Source: Prevotellaceae bacterium (GTDB lineage: Bacteria > Bacteroidota > Bacteroidia > Bacteroidales > Bacteroidaceae). From it: a stretch of DNA of 64,000 bases. Positions 20,101 through 28,083 of the stretch are shown here, one piece after another (within the stretch, counting starts at the first letter, position 1; each line of letters opens with the position of its first letter). Location: contig JBNMJN010000009.1 in assembly GCA_050873805.1 (NCBI GenBank), forward strand, positions 1,871 through 65,870. Reading direction: 5' to 3'. Below the pieces are notes generated by a model. That model saw only the letters and a list, made by a program, of their open reading frames with translations. It was not told where the DNA came from and did not search any database. Position numbers and translations under genes: made by a program.

Positions 20101-23100
20101 ACCACCTACCCAAGAAAGAACTACCGCATCTATTTCTCAAGGGAGAGCAAGTACGGCACGAAACTGTATGTGAACGGCGTGGAGGTTCCCGACTTCAAAT
20201 ACTCGTTCAAGCCCGGTGCACGTCCCATCGACATCTTTTGCCTGAAGGCTGACTTCTCGGACTCGTCCTCCACGCATAACCCCGGTGGTGTGCGCATCGT
20301 GAACGACATCTGGAAGAAGTGCGGCTGGCTGACCCCGCCACAGGCGGCATACAAGGGCAACTACGACGTGAGAATCGGCGTGGACGGTTTCCCGATGGAC
20401 CTGTTCTACGACAACGACGGTACGGGCGAGAACGTGTACTTAGGCAAGTACAACTTCCTGAACGAGAAGAGCGGCAGCGGCATCATCTACGGCTTTGAGG
20501 GCATAGAAGGCTTCAATGACGAGGCGGCGCTGAACGGCGAGCGGAACAAGTGCATCTGCCTGGAGTTCCTGAACAACTCGGAAGCGCTGTGCCTGTTCGG
20601 CACGAGCAACATGGACTCGTTTGACGACGCGCTGGAGTTCCGCTTCAAGGCTGACCAGACGTGGGCTACGGCACACGAGGACGACAAGGCGGCGGTAAAG
20701 CGGCTGTGGGAGTGGATACAATCGTGCAAGGGCAACCCGACAAAGTTCCTGAACGAGTATGACCAGTATTTCGGGAACGACTCGCCCTTTGCCTGGTACT
20801 TGATAACGGACTACCTGATGGCTGTGGACAACCGGGCGAAGAATATGATGCTCGTGACATGGGACGGCAAGATATGGTACTTTATCCCCTACGACATGGA
20901 CACGATATTCGGCGAGCGCAACGACTCGGTGCTGAAGTATGACTACACGATAACCTGGGAGACAATGGACGAGAGCATCGGCTCGTATGCCTTTGCCGGA
21001 CACGACTCCACGCTGTGGGAGCTGGTGAGAGGCTGCCCCGACAAGTTGCGTGAGGTGGCCGACAAGCTGCGCTCAACCATGTCCCTTGAATATGTGCTGA
21101 AGGTGTTCAACGAGGAGCAGATGGGCAACTGGTGCGAGCGCATCTACAACAAGGACGGCATCTACAAGTATATCAAGCCACTTACAGAGGGCGTGACGAG
21201 CGCGGACGGCACGACGAGCTACTATGACTACCTGTATGCCTTGCAGGGCAGCCGGTACGCGCACCGCACGTTCACGATACAGAACCGCTTCGCGCTGCTT
21301 GACAGCCAGTATGTGTGCGGAACATATAGAAAAGACAGTTTTGCGGCCTACTTTGGCTACAAGTTTGGCTCGGACAACAGAAAGATACGGATCACGGCAA
21401 GCGAGCGGTACTATTTCGGCTACGGCTACACAAGCGGAACGCCTCACCAGAGCGCGGTGCTGGCCGAGGACACGGGTAGCACGGTAAACCTGATATTGGA
21501 TACAGACCTCATTGTGAACGACCCTCAGTACGTCTATGGCGCGAGCCGCATCATGGGGCTTGACCTGACGGATGTGAGCCACGCAATACTGCAGACGCTG
21601 AATCTGAATAACTGCTCGGCACTGCGTACTTTGGACGTGAGCTGCGCACAGACACAGACAACACTGAACGCCCTACTGGTGAACGGCTGCCGGAACCTGC
21701 GGATACTGAACATGACTGGCTTGAAGTCAAGCAGTTTTACAGGCATAGACCTGAGCAACAACACGAAATTAGAGACGCTGAAGGCTGGCAAGACAGCGCT
21801 GACTGGCGTGAACTTCGCGCAGGGCGCACCACTGACAAGCGTCACATTGCCGGCATCGCTCCAGACTTTGGAGCTGCGCTACCTTGGCAAACTGACTACG
21901 AGCGGACTGACGCTGGAGGGCACGGGCAACATCACAAGACTGGTGGTGGACAACTGTCCGGGAATAGACTGGCAGACACTGAAGGCAAGATGCACCAACG
22001 TGAAGTACTTGCGCGTGACAGGCATCGACATGGAGGGCGACGGCAGTCTGCTGACCTCGCTGATGGCGACGGGTGGTGTGGACGAGAACGGTGGCAACGT
22101 GGACACCTGCCGACTGGTGGGAACGTACCGACTGACCTCTTATAAAGCGGATGAGGAGTATGAGGCATTGCAGGCGCACTTCCCCGAACTGAACATCGTG
22201 CAGCCGGAATACACGATGCTTGAGAGCGACGAGAGTGTGGCAGACGATGCGAACATCTCGAACCTTGACAACGGGACGGGCTATAAGTACGGCAACGACT
22301 ACAAGCCGAGCGGCCACATCGAGTCCATCTTCAAGAACCGCCACCGCGTGCTGGCGAAGGTGACGAAGAAGGCCACGACGAGGAACGTGAACATCGCCAA
22401 TGTGGACACCGTGGTGAACAACCTTGACGGGGAGATGACTTACTGCCAATTGGACGATGCGGACAGCAACAAGTACGCTGACGGCTCGGCGGCCAAGCTG
22501 GACGGCACGGAGGGCGACTGGATGATGTATGAGCCGTTCTTCTGGAGCAAGGGCATCAATGACTTTTTGAACAACAAGAACTACTCGTGCTACAGCTTCA
22601 GAGACAAGGACCACATGCCGAGTGTGCCGAATGTGGATGTGCTGACCTTGGAGGACATCAAGAAGACGCAGGGCGGCTACACGAGCGGCAAGAAGGTGAT
22701 GAGCGGGAAGGACACCGTGACCAACTCGCTGAGCACGGACAGCTCGTACTCGGTGTGCATGGTGAACGTGGCGGGCTACAAGAAGGTGCGCTGGCCGAGC
22801 GTGCCAGGCACGAACCTCGTGGGTTCGGTATTCACAGACGCAAGCGGCAATGTGGTGGACAGCATCGTGGTGCCGACGCTGGGCAACCGCTTTGAGGCTG
22901 GGATGTATCTTGTCAAAGACATTCCCGAAAATGCCGTGGCCTTGTACTTCTCGATACTGAACACGGCGGAGTTCGACAAGGTGGTGCTGAGCAACAGTGG
23001 GAAGATAGAGGATATGGAGCCGGAGTGGTTCGCTAACGACGAGCACCTGTGCGCAGTGGTTGGCAGTTCGGTAGTCGGCAGTAAGTTGCGCTCCTCCATA

Positions 23101-23901
23101 ACAGGCAACAGCACCACTGGCAACATGACATGGACGGACTTCCACTACTACAGCGTGCAGCGAGGGATGCAGCAGATAGACGCACTGATGCACTTCCGCA
23201 TAGCGAACCTTGCCTATGCCAAGTATGGGCGGAGAAATATGCAGGAGCAGTGTGGCGCCGGCTCGCATACTTATGCGCGCACGACCGGCGGCACGGCATC
23301 AAGGGGCATGCAGGACACGATAGGCTATGAGGAGGCAAAGGGCATCAACCCCAACGTGACCAACAGCCTTGTGGACGAGAACCGAGTACATCAATATGCC
23401 TGGTATAAAGACAAGGACGAGTATGGCGCAGCGAAGGTGACGCAGGTGAACAACATCTGCTGCATCGGCTACGAGGACATCTACGGCCACAAGTATGACA
23501 TGATGGACGGCGTGGACTTGCCTAACGACTCGGGTAATGCCGGCAAATGGCGCGTGTGGATGCCTGACGGCAGCACGATTATGATAAAGGGCACGACGAA
23601 CAGTGGCTACTGGATAACCTCGGTGGCTCATGGCAAACTGATGGCGGTTATATCCGTCGGTTCCATGAACGGCTCAAGCAGCACATACTATTCAGACCTA
23701 TACTGGGTAAGCACCTCATCAGGCCGTGTGGTCTATCGCGGTTACAGCAACGCGTACGCGGATGGCGGTGTTTCGAGTGCGCATGCGAGTGGCGATGCCT
23801 CGTATGCGAATGCGGGTGTCGGCTCGCGTCTCGCCTTCCGCGGAAAAATCGTGAAGGCGCAAAGCGTGGCCGCGTATAAAGCGATAACCGAGGTGGCGTA
23901 A
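17128..23901 (+). CDS. Giant multidomain tail fibre / receptor-binding protein (LamG-like, CotH-like, LRR, C-type-lectin-like C-terminus)
   Basis: 2257 aa. LamG-like: LMELYVNGILSGAKRY...NLRVYNRALGDDEELANY (~19250-19830). CotH-like: IQGTSSTTYPRKNYRIYF, LKADFSDSSS, DNRAKNMMLVTWDGKIWYFIPYDMDTIFG (~20060-20920). LRR: LNLNNCSALRTLDVS...NLRILNMTGLK...LETLKAGKTALTGVNF (~21540-21960). CLec/FGE-like: IYGHKYDMMDGV...RVVYRG...GSRLAFRG (~23440-23850). Confidence 0.75.
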   Translation: MTDEEKKTVVQEVLNQIKTASQSVDELETATSLDSVNSLPAIQGEKVVRVPIPLLAKPAEDAAKTANAAAATADASSKAAGTAAQQAKDAADVASGAALTANNSAMLADAATAKLNDAIAAANTHPVVLANYLVGDPDRIFSDWRDAAETIAGDESYGGEQVFTTGCVMIFRSEDGWESWQYTGNLDGDLYDAEKWQEYATGGSGGNTYNVTEEVPLESGYYTLATAIVAVEDKKRAKGRCITYETAQGKWETKQFVGTSLDSWEQVASWEDFGGAGNVKSISVNGKKQTLDSAGNVNLTINETEVDESLNTNSTNPVQNAAVATKLAEVEANTIFGGSAELSDDESTVRVTLTNKSGAEIVGLDIPAGKGSGGGETSTTKIVLTAETDKSVIKEGDKATLTWFYDHQYSSGDEKGTSTGQKATVEIQMKRGATLMYSDTQQDVSKGTYTLDLTKYLLLGTTDIYVKATTTDPTTGKTQTKQSYVSVKAVTLALSSGFNIAECIAKGGYGVSENVGIPYAVSGSGTKTVTLYVDGIQKDSVSVTRSGTTNGSFTLSMSGLSVGRHTVQMVAEMKASEELTLKSESIYFDILKTGSSAPYIGTKITFKDGRIFTADHLTPTIDTGQYEQVLFDFVAYDPTATPASMSVWRDDIRTQTVSVPRTVQTYTNRFLEKGAVAMVFKCGTTEYKFNVNVTESSIDLGEATSGLVLKLTAAGRSNSESNPAEWSYNDVQTAFEGFDWQSNGWTGDALKLTNGANIEIGYKPFSNDATTTGATYEMELTCTNVTDRKGTVVDCMAGNVGFRLTTQEALMRTGAGSEVGTKFASGMTLKIAFVVQEKKGNRLMELYVNGILSGAKRYAPTDSLLQDEPANIRITSESADMEVRNLRVYNRALGDDEELANYMVDRPTSDEMVVLFEKNQVMDDEGTDVDIDKLRAMGKSVMRIVGDVNLVNQTNNKKFEVPVDIYFYSAYGKEYDFIIYQCGLRIQGTSSTTYPRKNYRIYFSRESKYGTKLYVNGVEVPDFKYSFKPGARPIDIFCLKADFSDSSSTHNPGGVRIVNDIWKKCGWLTPPQAAYKGNYDVRIGVDGFPMDLFYDNDGTGENVYLGKYNFLNEKSGSGIIYGFEGIEGFNDEAALNGERNKCICLEFLNNSEALCLFGTSNMDSFDDALEFRFKADQTWATAHEDDKAAVKRLWEWIQSCKGNPTKFLNEYDQYFGNDSPFAWYLITDYLMAVDNRAKNMMLVTWDGKIWYFIPYDMDTIFGERNDSVLKYDYTITWETMDESIGSYAFAGHDSTLWELVRGCPDKLREVADKLRSTMSLEYVLKVFNEEQMGNWCERIYNKDGIYKYIKPLTEGVTSADGTTSYYDYLYALQGSRYAHRTFTIQNRFALLDSQYVCGTYRKDSFAAYFGYKFGSDNRKIRITASERYYFGYGYTSGTPHQSAVLAEDTGSTVNLILDTDLIVNDPQYVYGASRIMGLDLTDVSHAILQTLNLNNCSALRTLDVSCAQTQTTLNALLVNGCRNLRILNMTGLKSSSFTGIDLSNNTKLETLKAGKTALTGVNFAQGAPLTSVTLPASLQTLELRYLGKLTTSGLTLEGTGNITRLVVDNCPGIDWQTLKARCTNVKYLRVTGIDMEGDGSLLTSLMATGGVDENGGNVDTCRLVGTYRLTSYKADEEYEALQAHFPELNIVQPEYTMLESDESVADDANISNLDNGTGYKYGNDYKPSGHIESIFKNRHRVLAKVTKKATTRNVNIANVDTVVNNLDGEMTYCQLDDADSNKYADGSAAKLDGTEGDWMMYEPFFWSKGINDFLNNKNYSCYSFRDKDHMPSVPNVDVLTLEDIKKTQGGYTSGKKVMSGKDTVTNSLSTDSSYSVCMVNVAGYKKVRWPSVPGTNLVGSVFTDASGNVVDSIVVPTLGNRFEAGMYLVKDIPENAVALYFSILNTAEFDKVVLSNSGKIEDMEPEWFANDEHLCAVVGSSVVGSKLRSSITGNSTTGNMTWTDFHYYSVQRGMQQIDALMHFRIANLAYAKYGRRNMQEQCGAGSHTYARTTGGTASRGMQDTIGYEEAKGINPNVTNSLVDENRVHQYAWYKDKDEYGAAKVTQVNNICCIGYEDIYGHKYDMMDGVDLPNDSGNAGKWRVWMPDGSTIMIKGTTNSGYWITSVAHGKLMAVISVGSMNGSSSTYYSDLYWVSTSSGRVVYRGYSNAYADGGVSSAHASGDASYANAGVGSRLAFRGKIVKAQSVAAYKAITEVA
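23722..23841 (+). other. DGR variable-region-like segment at the 3' end of the fibre gene
   Basis: In codons 23737-23841 every adenine lies in position 1 or 2 of an NNY codon (tac agc aac tac gat agt cat agt gat tat aat). All other codons are A-free (gcg, ggc, ggt, gtt, tcg, gcc, gtc, cgt, ctc, ttc, cgc). The peptide is YSNAYADGGVSSAHASGDASYANAGVGSRLAFR. Confidence 0.5.
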
Positions 23902-23941
23902 AGCGAAGCGCGACAAAGCGGGAGCGAAGCGACAAAACGAA

Positions 23942-23978
23942 AAGAACGGGGTTCGGATGGTGTCCGGACTCCGTTCTT
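23942..23978 (+). terminator. 16-bp stem hairpin downstream of the fibre gene
   Basis: aagaacggggttcgga / tccggactccgttctt pair fully (two G-U wobbles) around the loop tggtg. It lies 41 nt after the stop and has no T-tract. Confidence 0.45.
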
Positions 23979-23991
23979 AGGATATACGAAT

Positions 23992-24015
23992 ACCGGCGTA
24001 AGCCGGTCGATTTTT
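23992..24015 (+). terminator. Rho-independent terminator
   Basis: Stem accggc, loop gtaa, stem gccggt, followed by cgattttt. Confidence 0.55.
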
Positions 24016-24043
24016 GTGAGGGTGGGGGAGTGCCCCAGCGGTA

Positions 24044-24099
24044 CGTTTCGTTTTAAGAAATTATGCGGTTCGTTCTGAAAAGGTGAAACGCTTCGTTTT
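24044..24099. repeat. Three phased direct repeats CGNTTCGTTYT (candidate transposase/recombinase end-binding sites)
   Basis: Copies at 24044-24054, 24066-24076 and 24089-24099, spaced 22 and 23 bp. They sit at the junction between high-GC phage DNA and the truncated DUF1016 gene. Confidence 0.4.
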
Positions 24100-24129
24100 G
24101 CGGATTATAATGCCCGTAAGGCTGTCGGT

Positions 24130-24654
24130 ATGTTCAAGGACGAATATCTGCTTGATTATATCAATGTAGAGGAAATGGAGGTTGACAAGTCTGAGGATGT
24201 TGACGAAAGGGTGATTGAGCAAGCCATTGTCCGCAACATCAAGAAGTTCATCATGACTTTTGGCCGAGACTTTGCGTATATCGGCAACCAATATCATTTG
24301 GAGATATACGGTGAAGAGTTGTTCCCAGACTTGCTTTTCCTCAACCGTGAACTTAACTGCATGGTTGTGGTTGAATTGAAAAAAGGGGCATTCAAACCCG
24401 CCTATATAGGTCAGTTGCAAACATACATGAAAGTGCTTGACGACAAGGTGCGCAAGCCACATGAGAATCCTACTATTGGCATTCTTCTCTGCAAGAGTGC
24501 CAACAAGGCTTTCGTGGAGTATGTCATCCGTGACTACAGTAGTCCTATGGGAGTCGCCACGTATAAAACGGCTGAAGACATGAGCGAAGCCATGCGAAAG
24601 GCTTTGCCCGACATTGACGAGATGCGAAAGCTACTCACCGAAAGCGATAAATAA
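24130..24654 (+). pseudogene. PDDEXK nuclease, YhcG/DUF1016 family, C-terminal half only (5'-truncated)
   Basis: The 174 aa start at the KDxYxLxF-like segment and contain the nuclease core (DLLFLNRELNCMVVVELKKGAFKP...IGILLCK). The ~170-aa N-terminal domain typical of the family (recalled) is absent. An in-frame stop at 24076 lies inside the repeats. Confidence 0.55.
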
Positions 24655-24777
24655 GTGACAGATTATCAACTGATAGTACCAAAAGAGAAATTACAAAAAA
24701 GTCCTTGCTGACGAGATAAAGGCGTTTGGGGAGGAGAAAGAAAACGATACGAAAAAATAATAAAGAGATTTGTATAT

Positions 24778-25980
24778 ATGCCCAAAAGAATAGCTTCTTT
24801 GTTCTCTGGCTGTGGTGGATTAGACCTTGGTTTTACAGGTGGATTCACTTTCAGAGGACATGAATATAATAGACTTAATACAACTATACTGTTTGCGAAT
24901 GATTTTGATCAAGATGCGCAGACCTGCTATAATGCCAATCCACTTCTTGCAGAGGATGGGGCTGAATGCTTATTAGCAGATATTAGAGATGTTGAAGCAG
25001 AGAATATTCCAGACTTTGACATTTTGTTGGCAGGATTCCCTTGTCAACCATTTTCTAATGCAGGAAAACGAAAAGGGGTGAATGATGCTAATGGTCGGGG
25101 AACTTTATTTGCCGAATGTGAACGCATTATTCGGAGTAAGATAGAAATCGGACACAGACCACAAGCATTCGTATTCGAAAACGTACGTGGCATACTATCG
25201 TCAAAGATGCCAGATGGAGAAACAAGTGTTCCACAAGAGATTATAAACAGAATGCATAAACTTGGGTATCAAGTATCTATGCAGTTGGTCTGTGCCTCTG
25301 ATTATGGTGTTCCACAAAAGCGGTATCGTGTCTTGATAGTTGGTGTTGACGAACAATTAGGACTTGGTGCTTTTGATTTTGAAGCTATGCGGCATGTCGT
25401 AGAATTAAATAATATTCCTTCGGAACATTTTGGTAGGAAAGAAGGGCTTTTGCTTGGAAGAATCTTGCAAGGTGTTGAAAATGTCTCCGACAATGAAGTT
25501 TGGGAATATAGTCCTGGTACACAACAAACTGTAAATTTGATTGGCAGCTGTTCACATGGAATGAAAGCCATCCGTCAATTTCATGATGGATATAAGATTT
25601 CTGAGTTATCTGAAGATTGTTTTGAAGGGAAATCGTGGAAAGATATTCCTTACGAGTTATTGACTCCGAGATTTCGCAATATCGCAGACAATCCTCAAAA
25701 ATATCATGCTCCGAAATTCTTTAGAAGATTTGCTTTCGGGGAAATCAATGGAACGATTACAGCTTCAGCTCAACCAGACAAATGTGGAGTAACACATCCT
25801 GTTGAAAACAGAAGATATTCTGTTCGAGAATGCGCAAGGATTCAATCCTTCCCTGACAATTATACATTTGGTGCAATACCACTTCAATCTCGATATAAAG
25901 TCATAGGCAATGCTGTTCCACCTATTTTGGGATGGGTACTGGCATCAGCTTTGTTGGATTTTCTACCAAATGACAATTGA
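24778..25980 (+). CDS. DNA (cytosine-5)-methyltransferase
   Basis: Motif I SLFSGCGGLDLGF, motif IV GFPCQPFS, ENV, QKRYRV, C-terminal RECARIQSFPD and GNAVPP. Confidence 0.9.
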   Translation: MPKRIASLFSGCGGLDLGFTGGFTFRGHEYNRLNTTILFANDFDQDAQTCYNANPLLAEDGAECLLADIRDVEAENIPDFDILLAGFPCQPFSNAGKRKGVNDANGRGTLFAECERIIRSKIEIGHRPQAFVFENVRGILSSKMPDGETSVPQEIINRMHKLGYQVSMQLVCASDYGVPQKRYRVLIVGVDEQLGLGAFDFEAMRHVVELNNIPSEHFGRKEGLLLGRILQGVENVSDNEVWEYSPGTQQTVNLIGSCSHGMKAIRQFHDGYKISELSEDCFEGKSWKDIPYELLTPRFRNIADNPQKYHAPKFFRRFAFGEINGTITASAQPDKCGVTHPVENRRYSVRECARIQSFPDNYTFGAIPLQSRYKVIGNAVPPILGWVLASALLDFLPNDN

Positions 25981-25982
25981 TT

Positions 25983-28070
25983 ATGGGCTATTTAAGCAAG
26001 AAAACGATACTACAAGCTTATGAGAAACTTTCTCATTTAAGCAAAGACCCTACATTACAAGGGGCAACTCAGAAAGTCAGTGCTATAAGATATTTTATGG
26101 CACTCGATAGTTTCTGTCTGAAATTTCATAGAGATTGCAATACTCGCGACAAAAATGATAAAAAAGAATACGCCAATCACGTAGGTCTTGTGTGTGATGT
26201 GTGTCTAAACTTGTACACACCAAATTTTTATTATCCTCTAAAAGAACATAATAAAGATTTTGGCGTAGGTAGTAATTTTTATTCTGCAGGTCAAGTTAAC
26301 TCTTCACTTGTAAATCCAGAAGAAACGTTCGTTTATCCAAAACGTGGTGGAACTCCACTATTCCATATAAAAAATGGCACTCTAATTCGTGACGAAGAAC
26401 TGTATTCAAACTTTGATTCCTATATTGAAGGCGTTTCGTGTAGGGTAGCTTTTGTCTTATGGCTATTAAGAAAGACACCCATTGATGATAATGAAAGCAT
26501 CTTTGAAGGCATTCGAAAATCCATAAGTAGCATTTATTCAAAAAGACTTGTGGATACATTGATAAGTGATGAGGATTCTTTTAAATTAGAACTTGGCAAT
26601 TACGATTGCTCTCTAAATGAGAATTTCTATTCCATTAGAGAGGAAGACATAAATGGTTTATTCAATGTGAAAAGCAAGAATCAACGTCTGATAGTATCAA
26701 ACAATATGCTAAACCAGAACAGCAAAGAGATCAACTATCTCGCCGCCCTCCGCACCAAGCCTTTCATGCTTCTTGCCGGCATCAGCGGTACTGGCAAGAG
26801 CCGCATTGTGCGCAAGTTGGCACAAGCGACAGTGACAGAGGAGCTGCAAAGAGCAAATGGGTATAAGGGGAATGATTGGAAGGATGACCGTTGGACGCTG
26901 CACTCTCCAGCCAACTTTGAGCTTATACAAGTGAAGCCAAACTGGCACAACTCGATGGATGTAATTGGCTATTTGTCGAACATTCCGAGTCCGCATTATG
27001 TATTCACGCCATTCATTGAGTTTATAGTAAAGGCATGGCAGCATCCCGAAGTGCCGTTCTTCCTGTGCCTTGACGAGATGAACCTCGCTCCTGTGGAGGA
27101 ATACTTTGCCGAATTTTTGAGTGCCATTGAGAGCCGTAGCTTTGAGGGCGGAGAATACATGACCGACCCCATCATCAAGCCATTCAACTCTTTTGGAGAA
27201 GATGTAGCAAAAATAATGGTAAACACACTATTCCCGAACTTCAAGGCAAGCGATACAGAATCGGAGATTGTAAAGGTTATCACACATTTACGCACAAGAG
27301 GTCTGACCCTGCCCAAGAACCTCATTGTCATTGGCACGGTGAATATGGACGAGACCACTTTCTCCTTCTCACGCAAAGTGCTCGACAGAGCCATGTCGGT
27401 AGAAATGAACGAGGTGAACTACGACAGTTTCCTGACCGACGCGACAGATGATGAGCTCAAAGCCATTGTAAAGGCATTTGAGGAAAACGAAGAGGCAAAC
27501 CTGAATACATTGCTTGTAGACCGACACATCGAAGCAAGGGAAATCATTGAAGAACTTGGCGAGGATGCCCAGTTTGCCATTGACTATCTAAAGCGCGTCA
27601 ATGCCCTGCTTGAAGGCACTCCATTCAAACTTGGCTATCGTGCCGCCAACGAGGTGTTGATATATCTACAAGCTGCGCATGAGCTCGGGCAGACCGACCG
27701 CATAGCTGCGCTTGACAACTTTACGCTGATGAAGATACTCTCACGCATAGAGGGCGATGAAACAAAATTGAAAATCACCAATTCGGAAGCAGACAAGCAG
27801 CGCATAGCCAATGCCGGTGTTAACGTAGATGCCGCCAAGCAATATGGCGACTTGAACATACTCACGGCATTGAGGAACATCATCACGGGACAGTTGGGCG
27901 AGACTGATAATGCCGATATTGATAGTGATGATACTGAAGAAACGGCATCAGAGAATGGAGAGGAAATGATTTCCACCGAGCAGAAAAATAAAGAGTTACA
28001 GTCTGTCAAAAAGATAGACAGCATGCTCAGCCAGCTCAAACGTGACCATTTCGTTTCCTATTGGAACTAA
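25983..28070 (+). CDS. McrB-like AAA+ GTPase restriction subunit (LlaJI.R1-like) with an uncharacterised ~250-aa N-terminal domain
   Basis: Walker A LLAGISGTGKSR, FFLCLDEMNLAPVEEYFAEFLS, IGTVNMDETTFSFSRKVLDRA. The track start at 25977 is TTG; the ATG at 25983 lies 3 nt after the methyltransferase stop. Confidence 0.85.
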   Translation: MGYLSKKTILQAYEKLSHLSKDPTLQGATQKVSAIRYFMALDSFCLKFHRDCNTRDKNDKKEYANHVGLVCDVCLNLYTPNFYYPLKEHNKDFGVGSNFYSAGQVNSSLVNPEETFVYPKRGGTPLFHIKNGTLIRDEELYSNFDSYIEGVSCRVAFVLWLLRKTPIDDNESIFEGIRKSISSIYSKRLVDTLISDEDSFKLELGNYDCSLNENFYSIREEDINGLFNVKSKNQRLIVSNNMLNQNSKEINYLAALRTKPFMLLAGISGTGKSRIVRKLAQATVTEELQRANGYKGNDWKDDRWTLHSPANFELIQVKPNWHNSMDVIGYLSNIPSPHYVFTPFIEFIVKAWQHPEVPFFLCLDEMNLAPVEEYFAEFLSAIESRSFEGGEYMTDPIIKPFNSFGEDVAKIMVNTLFPNFKASDTESEIVKVITHLRTRGLTLPKNLIVIGTVNMDETTFSFSRKVLDRAMSVEMNEVNYDSFLTDATDDELKAIVKAFEENEEANLNTLLVDRHIEAREIIEELGEDAQFAIDYLKRVNALLEGTPFKLGYRAANEVLIYLQAAHELGQTDRIAALDNFTLMKILSRIEGDETKLKITNSEADKQRIANAGVNVDAAKQYGDLNILTALRNIITGQLGETDNADIDSDDTEETASENGEEMISTEQKNKELQSVKKIDSMLSQLKRDHFVSYWN

Positions 28071-28083
28071 CCATATATCGCAC

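Larger units (their letters stand above)
1..24100. mobile_element. Prophage, right-hand ~24 kb (packaging, head, lysis, tail and tail-fibre modules); the left part lies outside the window
   Basis: Uninterrupted run of phage structural genes (portal, terminases, protease, capsid, endolysin, tape measure, fibre). It ends at tandem terminator hairpins and phased repeats just before a truncated, AT-richer host/island gene. Confidence 0.85.

Noticed and set aside
1-24100. DGR template repeat, Avd or reverse transcriptase inside the visible prophage part.
   Set aside because: No ORF shows RT motifs. No N-rich (AAY-rich) copy of the VR-like segment was noticed in any frame. This was an eye search, so a computational repeat search is still needed.
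23901-24130. tRNA gene or integrase-type att core at the prophage boundary.
   Set aside because: No cloverleaf-like sequence or integrase gene is visible. The region holds only two hairpins and the phased short repeats.
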